A stretch of 63,237 nucleotides of DNA, counting the filler, from Lenisia limosa (Eukaryota; Protista; Breviatea): NCBI GenBank assembly GCA_001655205.1. It is 14 parts of 14 records of this genome, joined end to end, with 100 filler letters (N's around TTAATTAATTAA, not from the genome) between each part and the next. Parts side by side here need not be neighbours in the genome. Positions count along the whole stretch, not along the records: positions 37,624 to 57,311 come from LPNZ01011052.1; positions 57,412 to 61,112 come from LPNZ01008023.1; positions 61,213 to 63,237 come from LPNZ01000281.1; 11 more parts are not named here. One strand, written 5' to 3'. Each line of letters begins with the position of its first letter. The stretch's first letter is position 1. Below are positions 51,794 through 63,237 of this stretch, in pieces. Under the pieces are notes generated by a model. That model saw nothing but the letters and a program-made list of their open reading frames with translations, was not told the origin of the DNA and searched no databases. Both the position numbers and the translations under genes were made by a program.

Positions 51794-54700
51794 ATGAGTG
51801 ACAAAGACACCGAGCTTTTCCAAAATGAACCGCTGTCATCGTACTCTTCAAGCGGTACTGCAACTCCACATACTTCTACATTGAGGCCACCTTCAACGTC
51901 GAAAATGACCATCGAAGGTGACCACAAAGCCGCGCTTCATGAGCTATCTGGTTTGTCCAAGCCTCCCTGTTGGCCTTTCTTCATCCCTTAGAGCATAAAA
52001 CCCTTCATGAAGTCGGATACACCAAAGCTGCAGTCGTTATCTTCTTCATCTTCTTCACTATCACTTCAGTTCTGGTGGTCTGGTATGTGGGCCTGAGGCC
52101 TGTTATTCGGTCCATCTTCATTTAAAGGTTGAATCTACTTTGCTTCTTCTCTAATTCCTGGCTGAATGATAAAGGGTCTTATCACTCTTTTATTTCTACG
52201 ATTCTTACAACGTGTTATGAATTAACGGATGATTTATCTGCTCAATCTTAATCTTTGATTGATGTTTTGGTTTTCAAAAGCCCATGCTCATTACCTCTCG
52301 CGATTCTCTGAATGGGAAAATGTGATGAATTGTTTTATTTGGCGGAACCTCATCCCCCAGGTTCCTGACCGAATCCGAGGCGGAGAAGGTGATGGATGAG
52401 CTGCTCGGTAACAATCTAAACACCACGTCTGGCCTGATGAAGGTCGCCTCAACTCTCTACTTCTCGAGTGCGAGGGGGTGACGTGTTTGAACTGTTTTGA
52501 AATAACTGCTCATGTTTTGCGGATGGTTGCATGACATGTTGGTTTTGCAGATGATTGGCTTGGTGAATGTTCGGTCAGGCTCTCTCTTTCTTTTTTTTTT
52601 TTGCAGTAATTGCCTGGCTGAATCTCATTTCCGCTTCAGCATTGAGCCGAAATTCATTGGGGGTTGCAAACGTGCTGATGTCAAATGGGCTATTGCCGAA
52701 CCTTTCTTTGGTCGAACCTGGTCTGTGGGTTTCTGATGCTGCTTGTTTTGCCAGCTTTTATTTAATAGTATATATTGTCACTGCAATAAACATCGTTAGG
52801 CATAATAGCGCACATCAGTCACGCTACTTCACATATTCATATGGTCTATTTTGTCACACTTCAGACCCGGGTGGTTTCGAACAGCCGCAGGTCAGCGAAG
52901 TGATGCTTCTTGCTGGTGCACTTAAAACTTTCTTTTCAACGGGGGAAGGTATGTGCCATATTTATCAGATAGTCATTACAAGATTGAATAAAATAGTGTG
53001 GTGATCCACTAATACCTATAAACATTCCGTCACGGCTTAGACTACGGTGTTGCCCCTGCTTTGATGCTAGTCCAAGTTGGCGACTCATACGCCGGCGTAT
53101 GTCGGTACAGTTTTCTCAAGGTTGGTGCAAGAAGTGTGTTCAGTATTCTCTTTGGTGCAAAAAAGACTCAATTTATTCGATAAATCGTTGATAAATACCG
53201 ATATTTAATCTTAATCCCGTTTGGCTACTCTTCTTACACCCAGCTTTTCATTGACCGAGACCTGGGAATGGATGATTTGGCTGTGGTGTCAATTCGCGGC
53301 TATATGGATACGATCTTCAAAATCGGAACTATCAGTGAGTGGTTATGTTTTTTTTTGATATGATTAATGATGATTTAACACTAACCCAATCCACATTAGT
53401 TTTCCGACTAATATTGACATCATGAGTAACATTAATTTTTTTCATTTTTACCCCCCCCCCCTCNNNNNNNNNNNNNNNNNNNNNNNNNNNNNNNNNNNNN
53501 NNNNNNNNNNNNNNNNNNNNNNCAGTGGATTTAATTGAAATCAACTCACAAACAATCACCAAGCGGCTTGAGAGACTGTCCTTAGAGTAAGAGATGGCTT
53601 GAGATTCAGCTGTTTGCAAAACCACAATTGTACCAAACCGATGCATAGCCAAGATTTGTATCCATATCTATATTTTATTATAGTAATCTCATATCACTAT
53701 TTCCACAAAACGGACTATCATCTGGTCAACTTTTGATGATCCAAGGCCAGCTTTTCTGCGCTAATTATGTTCTTGGTTCAGCGATATCTCAGATATGGGC
53801 TTAACAACAACACGCTGATATTCCAGTGCGTCCGTGTTTAGAATGAGTGCGTCGCAGTCATTCTACTTCTCCGCAATGGTATGAGGAGGGACAGTGAACC
53901 TGGCTGTATGTCTAATACGGTATCGTCCTGAACTGAGATGATCGTTGACTCTGTAGCTTGCCGAACGTAGCAGTCCCTATCACATTGCATTCAGTCCGTT
54001 CACTACCACAATGCCGTCTGGCACTGTCTCAGGTGGGTGTTGGCAGAATATTGGCGTGGCTTTATTTGGACGCAAGGCTGTTTGGGATACAAAGATCAGA
54101 ACATTTGCCTGTGTCACTCTGTAGGAACCGCCTTTGTGGTAGTATCAGCAATAGACTTCACTGTGGGCATCGGATTCTACTCTGATCGAAGTAAGTGGCT
54201 TGGCCAAAAACCGAATCAGTACTAAAATGTCTTCAATGCTATTCTAGACCTAATTTGATCCCATTTGCAGAAGAAGATAGATCAGTGATCGTCACTCCGG
54301 ATGGCGATTTAGTTTCTCTCCAACAGCATGACGAGACAATTGCGAGTGTTTGCGTCAACGCTACTGTTGTAGGTGGCGGAGATAGGGACCTTGTAAAATG
54401 GATGTGATAAGGATGTTAGCGCATTCATTTAAGATAACTCATTCAATATGGTGTAGTATAGTTTGAACATCATGAATGAAATTGAAATGGCATATTTTTG
54501 AATCTGGTAGAAGTTGTCACATTTGACATTACATTCAACTTGAGACCAAAATTGATTCACTCACTATTGATTCTGCATCTTTCGGTACATTTACATGTCA
54601 ATCATTGTATTTAGGTGTGTGTCTTGTGTCACTATATTTAGGGAGGGTCTTGCGGATGGAAGTTTGTGAGTGACCCCACCGTGCACAGCATCTTCTATTT

Positions 54701-57309
54701 GCTGTCACAAGGGAGTAGGAGGGGAACTGTTCCTCTTCTGGAGAAATTATAGAATATGCACACTATTATTGTGTATTATAAGAAATATAACACAATATTA
54801 TCATATGATATGCCAATAGTGGGCCTGATAGACGACTTTGTTTTAACGTGGCAGTCCCCGAAGCTGAAATGGTAACGGCCAATACTGAGGGTGGAGAGTA
54901 CTACTTACAGGCTGAGTATCTCAAGGACCTTTCAAACTGTATGTTGGGCTTGGTATGAAGAAGTCGATATTTCGTTTTGTTAGCCATTTACCTTCATGGA
55001 AATTTCCTTCGTTTTACTCCCCCCCCCCTCCCCCGCAGCTGATGGACANNNNNNNNNNNNNNNNNNNNNNNNNNNNNNNNNNNNNNNNNNNNNNNNNNNN
55101 NNNNNNNNNNNNNNNNNNNNNNNNNNNNNNACGTCGTTCCTGACAGAGATAATGGAGTCAACGCGACTCACAACCATCATCGTCACAGCGGTCCTGCTCA
55201 CTTTTGTGTCGCTGGTTGCCTGGCGTAGGGGGGGGCTGTTGTACTCAAATGCTGTCAACGTTTTCATCATATTATCAATTATCATACAGAGGTTGTTCTT
55301 TGTTGTTTTTCCTGTTCTTTATTCTTGCTCCTTCACCATTTAGCCGCAATGAACTTCCTCATGATACCTTTGAAGAGGGCTGCCATTCTCCAGGAGGACC
55401 TCAAACATGTCTGCTGTACCCCCATGATGGTTTTTAAGAATATGATAGATATATAAACAATCCAAGCCAACCCCCGTAACCATTGCAGCTCAATGTTATG
55501 ATAGTCCAAGCGAAAGAAGAAGCGGAAGCATCAAGCCTTGCCAAATCGGAGTTCCTTGCTAATATGAGTGTAGGCGCNNNNNNNNNNNNNNNNNNNNNNN
55601 NNNNNNNNNNNNNNNNNNNNNNNNNNNNNNNNNNNNNNNNNNNNNNNNNNNNNNNNNNNNNNNNNNNNNNNNNNNNNNNNNNNNNNNNNNNNNNNNNNNN
55701 NNNNNNNNNNNNNNNNNNNNNNNNNNNNNAAAGAATTTGTTCCGAGAACGTCCATGAACGTCCATCTTGGCGGCCCTCACGACCAGCATGAAATCCGTAC
55801 GCCCTGCAGTGTCATCATCGGCATGTCAGAACTGATGCTGGAGGACCCCGATCTTCTCGAAGAACAGAGGGAGACCGTGGCCGAACTGCATGAGACGGCT
55901 CGGTCTCTCCTTCAGGTTTGATCTTGTGATTTATGTGTCATAGAGCTGTATGATAACTCAAGGCTGAAACTCCTTTATAATGTAACGCCATCTCCTTTTT
56001 TGTTTTTGTAAGACACAATGTCTTAAAACCAGGGACATCCGAATAACATCCTCATAACCTAGATCATCAACGACACCTTGGCCGTTTCAAAGTTGGAAGC
56101 CGGCCAAATCAGTCTGGAAGTGAGCGGTGTTCTGAACCGCTGTTGGGATTGTCTATCGATACATATAGCACAAGCCATGCTATTAAAGACAGGTTGTTAT
56201 ATGTATATGGAGTAAAATAGTGAAATAGCATAGCTAATGCCCTATGTTTTTGTTAAATATGTACATATTGGCAAAACTGACGCTTTAGTCTGAAGAATTC
56301 GATTTACTGCGACACATCGAAAGCTCTGTGGCCATGCTCGCTGTTAAAGCTCATGTTGGCCCCTTATTATAGAGAATCATTCAATCATGTACATCATACA
56401 TATGATATCATTTTGTATATTTACTATCAGATGTATCCTTTTGTGGCCCAATTCCTCCTAACTGATGTTGAAGCCCTACATTGGTTCATACCCCAGGAAC
56501 GAGACCTTGAACTCGTGGTGGACGTGGACGCGAATGTGCCGCGGTTGGCACACGGTGACCCCGGCAGGCTACGACAGGTCCTTATCAACCTCGTGTCAAA
56601 TGCTGGTGGGGCGGGTATCAACATATTATATCGTATCATATTACAACATGATGGTATGACCTTGGCCTAAAACAACCTTCTTTGTTTTTTTATATTTTTA
56701 ATTTAACCACACAGTATTACATAATAAATCAGTTAACAACACGAGCACTTGGTAACGCTTTAGTTAAATTTACCGAAGATGGCCGAGTGGAGGTGTCAGC
56801 TGAGATTGTCTGTCAAGATGAAACTACCGCGAAGTGAGAGGGACGAGGGAGGGGGGTAGGAAACTACCGCGAAGTGAGAGGGACGAGGGAGGGGGGGNNN
56901 NNNNNNNNNNNNNNNNNNNNNNNNNNNNNNNNNNNNNNNNNNNNNNNNNNNNNNNNNNNNNNNNNNNNNACTAAATTACAATCCATAATTAATGCCTCTC
57001 TCCTTAAGCAAAATAGTTTCCATACCTTTCCTTCACCCAACCGCAGGGTTCGGATCAGCGTAATCGATACTGGTGTCGGAATAAAGGAAACAACAATCCC
57101 GTTTATCTTCGACCGCTTCAAGCAGGCTGACTCGTCGACTGCCAAACAGTGGGGGGTAATGGAGGTTGTTGATAGTACATAGACAGACGGGTTTGTTTAT
57201 TTTTTTTATTTCGTAATAGCCCTCATATCACGTCCTTAGGTTTGGTGGAACCGGCTTGGGGCTGACTATCGTTGCTGAATACGTCCATCTGATGCAAGGT
57301 GACGTCAAG
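51794..57309 (+). CDS. Membrane-anchored sensor histidine kinase (TM - sensor region - TM - HisKA - HATPase), 3' truncated
   Basis: Spliced core: AKEEAEASSLAKSEFLANMS|HEIRTP (H box), GDPGRLRQVLINLVSNA|VKFT (N box), DTGVGI (G1), IFDRFKQADSST (F), FGGTGLGL (G2), with all phases compatible. Hydrophobic exons at ~52030-52080 (AAVVIFFIFFTITSVLVV) and ~55170-55230 (IIVTAVLLTFVSLV). Including the 5' exons in the same gene is inferred. Confidence 0.88.
54992..55038 (+). repeat. Family D 3' module at a histidine kinase acceptor
   Basis: CTTCATGGAAATTTCCTTCGTTTTAC matches CTTCATCGAAATTTCCTTCGTTTTAC (minus strand, ~36075-36100) at 25/26 nt, then a C tract and CAG. Confidence 0.55.
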
Positions 57310-57453
57310 GTNNNNNNNNNNNNNNNNNNNNNNNNNNNNNNNNNNNNNNNNNNNNTTAATTAATTAANNNNNNNNNNNNNNNNNNNNNNNNNNNNNNNNN
57401 NNNNNNNNNNNTGTATATATATATATAGTATAACATAGTATATATATATTATA

Positions 57454-57529
57454 CAGTGACTGGGATACGTCTTGACCGATTACTATATGATTTCCTCATG
57501 AAAATAAGTCAAGATTCATCCCGGTCACT
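57454..57529. mobile_element. MITE family B copy
   Basis: TA|CAGTGACTGGGATACGTCTTGAC...GTCAAGATTCATCCCGGTCACT|TA. Confidence 0.8.
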
Positions 57530-57639
57530 TACACATTAATTCACCTCCACGTTATCCTCTACGGCTTCCTACGGTACTAAAAAGACTGGGATAATATAGA
57601 TTTGGAGAATATAGTGAGATATTCCATCTTTTTCGGGGC

Positions 57640-60600
57640 CATTGGGAACTTAACACGAGCCCCCCACATAGTGCTTCTCGGCTTGCCATATGCCAACTGA
57701 AGACGTGGACCTTCCGAGCATTTGGAAAGCTGAGAGGGGGTGATTTCTCTAACTCCAAGAATTGTACTTTTGAAGAAATTAATTGACAATCTTTATTTGA
57801 AATTAAATTGTCTGATTTTGAGTTAATAATAGTGATATATAATATCGATATCGATATGTATATAGCTTTATCATATAATAGTATTTTATCATATATTTAT
57901 GTTATGTTTTTTTTGTCTTTCACACACCCCGTCCATCACCTTCTTTATCTGCCTCTTTCGAAACCAAGAGTTCCCCAAGGAACTACATTATTGTGTCTGA
58001 AAGTATTTGTTTTTTGATGATCTTTAATCTCAGCCATTGGTTTTAATAAATATTCCAGGTATAATCTTCAAACCAAAAGAACAAAAAGAATTATCGGGTT
58101 TTATCGGGGTTTACCCGTCCAGGCATATAGCAATATTATATTATATTATAACATTGAAATGGACAAGGCACCTCCTACGAGCATAATACATGCCTGTTGC
58201 GCCTCCAATATGTCCGGAGATGTGTATGGCTTCCCAGAAGGTAGGACTTCCTCCTACCGCTCCGAGGGGAGCAACGACATGATGTGCTGGGAAGGGAAGA
58301 GATAAATTAAATATTTATGAAATAAAAAGAAGCCATAATCAACTCTGTTGGCTGACAACACACAAGGGTTGATAACAACAAAACANNNNNNNNNNNNNNN
58401 NNNNNNNNNNNNNNNNNNNNNNNNNNNNNNNNNNNNNNNNNNNNNNNNNNNNNNNNNNNNNNNNNNNNNNNNNNNNNNNNNNNNNNNNNNNNNNNNNNNN
58501 NNNNNNNNNNNNNNNNNNNNNNNNNNNNNNNNNNNNNNNNNNNATTTTTCGAACCGAAGTGAAGCTCTAATGAGAGTATACTACTTTATCATCTAATATA
58601 TTTATCTGATATGATATGCATTATACATAGTAGTATATGATATACAGTACTATATAATATCTTGCATATATTTCATATAATAAAGTCATCAAGCAATTTC
58701 TTAATACTCCCCACAGCGTAGGTCCGTCAATGTGGACTCGAAGCCTCTTCACAACACTCGGGATATAACTATCGCCTTTCATCGTAAAAGTGCCCCGAAT
58801 CTGACAGGGGTGAGATGAATGGATGAGACATAAAAATGGATACCGAAGCCGTCCACNNNNNNNNNNNNNNNNNNNNNNNNNNNNNNNNNNNNNNNNNNNN
58901 NNNNNNNNNNNNNNNNNNNNNNNNNNNNNNNNNNNNNNNNTTTGCCTTTCAACTCTGTACACACAGCTTTCTGTGTCCCTCTCTCCGACATGCCATATTC
59001 TGAGTTACGGTACGCCACCATACCCTCAAATTGCAACCTCCCTACATACATATCCAGAAGAAGCGGAGGTTACGCCCTTGATGTATACAGACACATCGTA
59101 AATCTAAAGGTCAAATCGAAGACTGCAGCAAAACATTCAAGAAATGGGAAAGAGGGAAAAAGACCAAAGCTGATAATTCTCAATCATTAGGCAACGTCTA
59201 TCATTGGTATAGAAGAGGAAAAATAGCGTCCACACCATCATATGATATATTATTGTTCATAATGCTCAATTTTTGGGGTTTTTTTTCACTAGACCATTTT
59301 CAACGCAGAGAAAAAACCTTGGCCAGCAAGTTTCAAAAATACCCTAATACACTCGATATGGGTCAACATTGCGACTCAAAGTCGGTCAACATAGCAATAA
59401 TGTAGCGCGTTGTATCCACATACCGAGTAGGGTGCATTGAGGAAATAAACCAAGCCGTGAATGGTCTTGCAGGTGTTGCACTAGGATGTCAAGGGGGATT
59501 CAACTTGGACGATGTAATGGGATACGAGGGGGGGATGGGATTACTGCTTGACTGTAATAGGATGTTAACAAGTATGTGAGAGGGGATTCAACTAACTTCG
59601 CTTCGGTTCGAAAAAAGATTAGATTTCTCATATCCTCAAAAAATATCGATATTTTGCTGAGTTTTTTGGACCGCAGGGAAGCCCTAAATTATCATATGTA
59701 GATATCACTTCAGCCCCTCAACATCAACTGAAACCCCCCTCCCCTCCAACATCAATGGTAACGCTGACATCCTTCATATAAAGAGGTTTCCTTTCAGTTT
59801 GGTCATGGATCATGTACATGAGCCTGAGAAATTAAAACAACAGAAAAATACTGAGTGATTCGTAGGTAGAGGGGAAATACAACAAGCAATCAAGCTTACT
59901 GTACGTGTACATATACAGTGACCGGGATAAGTCTTGACCTATTTCCCCCGGGAAATAATATAGCAAATCGGTCAAGACTTATCCCAGTCACTGTGTGATA
60001 CTAAATTATAGAATAGTATTAATCCACCCAATCATTTGCCTTACACAACTCTGTGAATACATATCTGTCTCAAAATCGATAACAAGAAGAACATTAGGAG
60101 TTTCACACTCCGCTCGTTTTCCATAAATTTGACCAGGTCACGCTTAGAAACTCCGTGCAATGAATTGTAATATTCATTGCACAATTTGAAGTGAGGCGCA
60201 TATTGTAACGTAAACTCAATTTCAGGGCACATTAACTTCAAATTTTGTTAAAAAAATCTTCCAAAAATCAATTGCACAGTGTCGTAGAAAGTGAGAAAAA
60301 TACTCATAATCATAAACTTTTGTCAAAAGCAATTACGATACAATTGTGTATTTATAAAAATATCAGTCTTTTCTGTCCACATCTTAAGCTTCTCACTTTA
60401 GAGTATATATATTTACATGGAATCACATACCAACATTAACTGACCGCTTCTATATAAGGTAACCTCCCTCCCCCTCATACATACTTACAATTTGTGTGAA
60501 CACTATATACCCCCACCCCACCCTTCAATTTGGGTATCAGTGCTGGTGCTCGCAGATTTGAGGAATACACGGATGTTGTAGAGTTCTAAGGTATGTACAT

Positions 60601-61038
60601 CGAAATTGCCTCCAATTCCATACATCCTACTGCAGCGCGCCTGTGGTTATTATATATTATTGGGTATGAGTAAAACTCATGTTGGGTGTAAACAGCGATT
60701 TTCCTATTTTTGACAAAACAAAAAAAAAGACTCTACTTTGACTTGGTGAAACTGATTCCCCCCATAGCTGGATGCTAAAACTAAGTAAACAATACACACG
60801 TATAATTCCCGTTGTATATGTATATTAATGATGTCTTGGTTTACCCCCCCCCCCCACGTGTGAAAATGACCCAAAAATATGAACAAGATCACCCCCTTAC
60901 ATTGCAGGTGACTGAGATGTTGATGTTAGAGAAGCGGGTGACCCGCACGTTTGAGAGGTCCTCGAGGGGTTCCGGGAGGGAGGATTGAACTTGCCCGTAG
61001 GTCAGACCTGAAATAGCGCCAAGCTCTCCGTTGCTAGT
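57640..61038 (-). CDS. Hypothetical multi-exon protein (partial)
   Basis: AG/GT-bounded exons TSNGELGAISGLTYGQVQSSLPEPLEDLSNVRVTRFSNINISVTCN, ARCSRMYGIGGNFDVHTLELYNIRVFLKSAST, LMYMIHDQTERKPLYMKDVSVTIDVG, IRGTFTMKGDSYIPSVVKRLRVHIDGPTL, CSLGAVGGSPTFWEAIHISGHIGGATGMYYAR. Confidence 0.4.
58287..58385 (-). repeat. Family D copy ending at an acceptor
   Basis: Minus strand: TGTTTTGTTGTTATCAACCCTTGTGTGTTGTCAGCCAACAGAGTTGATTATGGC...TTCATAAATATTTAATTTATCTCTTCCCTTCCCAG. Confidence 0.85.
58544..58567. mobile_element. MITE family A right end (rest in gap)
   Basis: TTTTTCGAACCGAAGTGAAGCTC|TA. Confidence 0.7.
59596..59684. mobile_element. MITE family A variant
   Basis: CTTCGCTTCGGTTCGAAAAAAG...TTTTTTGGACCGCAGGGAAGCCC|TA. 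Confidence 0.7.
59916..59993. mobile_element. MITE family B, most intact copy (78 bp)
   Basis: TIRs CAGTGACCGGGATAAGTCTTGACCTATTT / AAATCGGTCAAGACTTATCCCAGTCACTG; 5' flank TA. Confidence 0.88.
60006..60055 (-). repeat. Dispersed family C half copy next to MITE B
   Basis: TTATAGAATAGTATTAATCCACCCAATCATTTGCCTTACACAACTCTGTG. Confidence 0.75.
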
Positions 61039-61112
61039 CTTTGGGGAGTAAAATTGGAAAATTTATGACACAAAAAAACCCAAATCAACTCTGTTCGAGG
61101 GTTGATAACAAC
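61039..61112 (-). repeat. Family D copy ending at an acceptor
   Basis: Minus strand: GTTGTTATCAACCCTCGAACAGAGTTGATTTGGGTTTTTTTGTGTCATAAATTTTCCAATTTTACTCCCCAAAG. Confidence 0.85.
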
Positions 61113-61399
61113 NNNNNNNNNNNNNNNNNNNNNNNNNNNNNNNNNNNNNNNNNNNNTTAATTAATTAANNNNNNNNNNNNNNNNNNNNNNNNNNNNNNNN
61201 NNNNNNNNNNNNGAAGAGAGAGAAAAGAAAATTGAGGACATGAAATCCCGAGTCCTCAAGAAGCACAGGGAAGTACCTGTCAGAGTAGGCCCAACAATGG
61301 GTATCCATTTTGAATCCATTTTGACGTAATAGGTTCCTCCAACAGCCGCGACCAAGAAACTAGCATTGCCACCCGGTGTCCATAAGGTGGTTCCAACAC

Positions 61400-63233
61400 C
61401 AGGTGAGATTCGTGCTGTTCTCTTTGCAGTTAACCTTGCAGTTGAGGAGCCGGCACCGCCGATGGAGCAAACACCGCCACCGCCACTTGACGACTCACCG
61501 GGCGGATGGACCTCCCCGGTACGTGTATGTTCTAGATTTGGGGCATTTTTCTTTCTTTATCAATCTTTCAGAAGAAGGAAGTCGTTGAAAAGGAAGCGGT
61601 ACTCACATTTATGGAGGCTGTTCCCCCCGCTGCAGGTAGATCCAGCTGGAACTGTGATAATTCTCTTAGTTGACCCTTTGATTCCAGCTGCGGACTATAT
61701 CGTTAAAATGGCCGATAAAAAAGTGTTCAGTCCTCCGGTTCGGTCGTAAGAGGGACACCAAGAGGCTATTTATTGTCTAATGCTTGTTGTTCTTTTAAGG
61801 TGGTCGGTTGATGGGTTTTTGGCGAGGTGGCATAGAGTGCAGATTGCGCTCTTGCCATTTTGTGCTCTGAGCCTGCCTGTGAGACCTTGCCTTTCTTGTT
61901 CATTTACTGTATCTGGCCGAAGCTGTCCACACCATCATGCTTATAAGAGATATTACATTTTTTGAATAATTCAAAAAACCGCCAAAAATGACCGACCACC
62001 TTAACTGTAAACAATATATTGAAACGGCTATTGTTATATTTCAGCTTCTACGTTGACCAAAAGAAGATTGCCCAAGATGCACTTGATAATGTAAGATTAA
62101 ACATTAGTGAGTCATCATGTTACGCAATTAGGTGCGCGCAGAGCGTGAAGCTGCGATGGCGGATATTGCAGCCAAAAAGACCGAGGCAGAGCCAACTCTG
62201 GCCAGCACTCCACATATCATTGATGACCGTTATCAGCCTGATCCAACTCCTACCAAGTTGGAACCGCGCTACCCCGAACCGCTCAGAGCAACTTCGTATG
62301 ATATGCCTGCTTTGGTTGTTGATATTTCGGGGGTTTAATGAGGTACAGTTATGACCTTCCTTCATATTCATAGCTTAGTGAGCTACATTTACACTTCAGG
62401 ACGGCTCATGGCAAAAAGAAGCCAATGCGTATTCGTTTGAGGCAGTCACCAAGTGCAACTCCTCGAAAATCGCCGTCACATTCGCCGTCTCCTTCAATAT
62501 CCCGATCTCGTTCCTACTCACGGTGGGTTTGGTTGATTTTTCTAGTTTTTATTGGGGTTTTCTATGCGTTGACTTAGGAATACAGAAGCCGTTCTCGCTC
62601 AAGTTCTTACAGTCGGTCATCTCGCTCTTACTTACGGTCCTATTCTCGGTCGCGGGACAGATCAAGGTTTGTGTCCATCATTTCATGTACCTTTCCTCAG
62701 AGTCTTGGTCTTCTGTAGCATTCATGGTTTATCTGAAATATTTGAGTTTTCTTCTCTTGGGCTGAAATGCTTAGGTCTTGGTCACCCACACCGCGTAAGA
62801 CAAAAAACACGAAACACAAGGGTAGGTCCATCCTGTATTCATCTATACGTATACATATCATAGTATATGATTTAGCTGTATTTAGGTCTACTCTATACGT
62901 ATACATATCATATACTATATGATTTAGCTGTATCACATATCATATCTGATTTGTATTTACATATTTCTGTTACTTATTTTTAGAACGAGGAGATTGCTGG
63001 AGCCCCGAGCCGAAGGTCATGAAGCGTGCTGTCAAGCTCCCAGCTTTGTTCCAAAGAAGAGGCGCCGAGAAAGTAAACTTGCTCCATTGAAAATCTGTTT
63101 TCTTTATCCATTTCTCACTTCTTAGGCGAAGAGGGCTACATCTCCTGATCCATCAACAACATCTTCTCACTCACGATCTCCCTCCCCCCTGAAGAAGGTT
63201 CGCCAAAGGAGATGGACCAGCCAGACTCCTTGA
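61400..63233 (+). CDS. Arg/Ser-rich (SR-related) low-complexity protein
   Basis: Exons RQSPSATPRKSPSHSPSPSISRSRSYSR, EYRSRSRSSSYSRSSRSYLRSYSRSRDRSR, AKRATSPDPSTTSSHSRSPSPLKKVRQRRWTSQTP-TGA (63231-63233). 5' boundary uncertain. Confidence 0.55.
61909..61951 (-). repeat. Dispersed family C fragment
   Basis: GTATCTGGCCGAAGCTGTCCACACCATCATGCTTATAAGAGAT. Confidence 0.75.
62863..62934. repeat. Intronic duplication, ~40 bp core x2
   Basis: CTATACGTATACATATCATA(..)TATATGATTTAGCTGTAT appears twice. Confidence 0.8.
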
Positions 63234-63237
63234 TTAA

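Noticed and set aside
55489-57309. Bacterial contamination suggested by the histidine kinase
   Set aside because: The kinase core is split by eight phase-consistent GT-AG introns, and the gene carries a repeat shared with other scaffolds.

Overview
Intron-rich nuclear DNA of a eukaryote, not a prokaryote. The window is 14 unrelated draft scaffolds joined by 13 artificial 100-nt spacers (44 N + TTAATTAATTAA + 44 N), so adjacency across spacers has no biological meaning. Most entries in the ORF track are not real genes; real genes are short exons that I joined by hand at GT..AG sites. Recognisable genes: a membrane-anchored protein with a degenerate class I cyclic-nucleotide phosphodiesterase domain, ZMYND12 (flagellar), VPS53, an ankyrin-repeat protein, mitochondrial Hsp70, an RCC1-like repeat protein, a class 3 lipase, a two-TM sensor histidine kinase, an RS-rich protein, a talin-F0-like exon and several unassigned multi-exon genes. 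Together these suggest a flagellated protist or zoosporic lineage with mitochondrial protein import (inference). Introns are very dense (about 12 per kb of CDS in Hsp70 and ZMYND12) and full of repeats: two TA-flanked MITE families, a third dispersed family, a roughly 960-bp foldback palindrome, and three tandem duplications of exon/donor junctions. The best candidate for a novel system is a roughly 90-nt repeat that recurs, always in the sense orientation, as the 3' end of introns in six unrelated genes (introner-like). All family assignments come from motif recall, not database searches.
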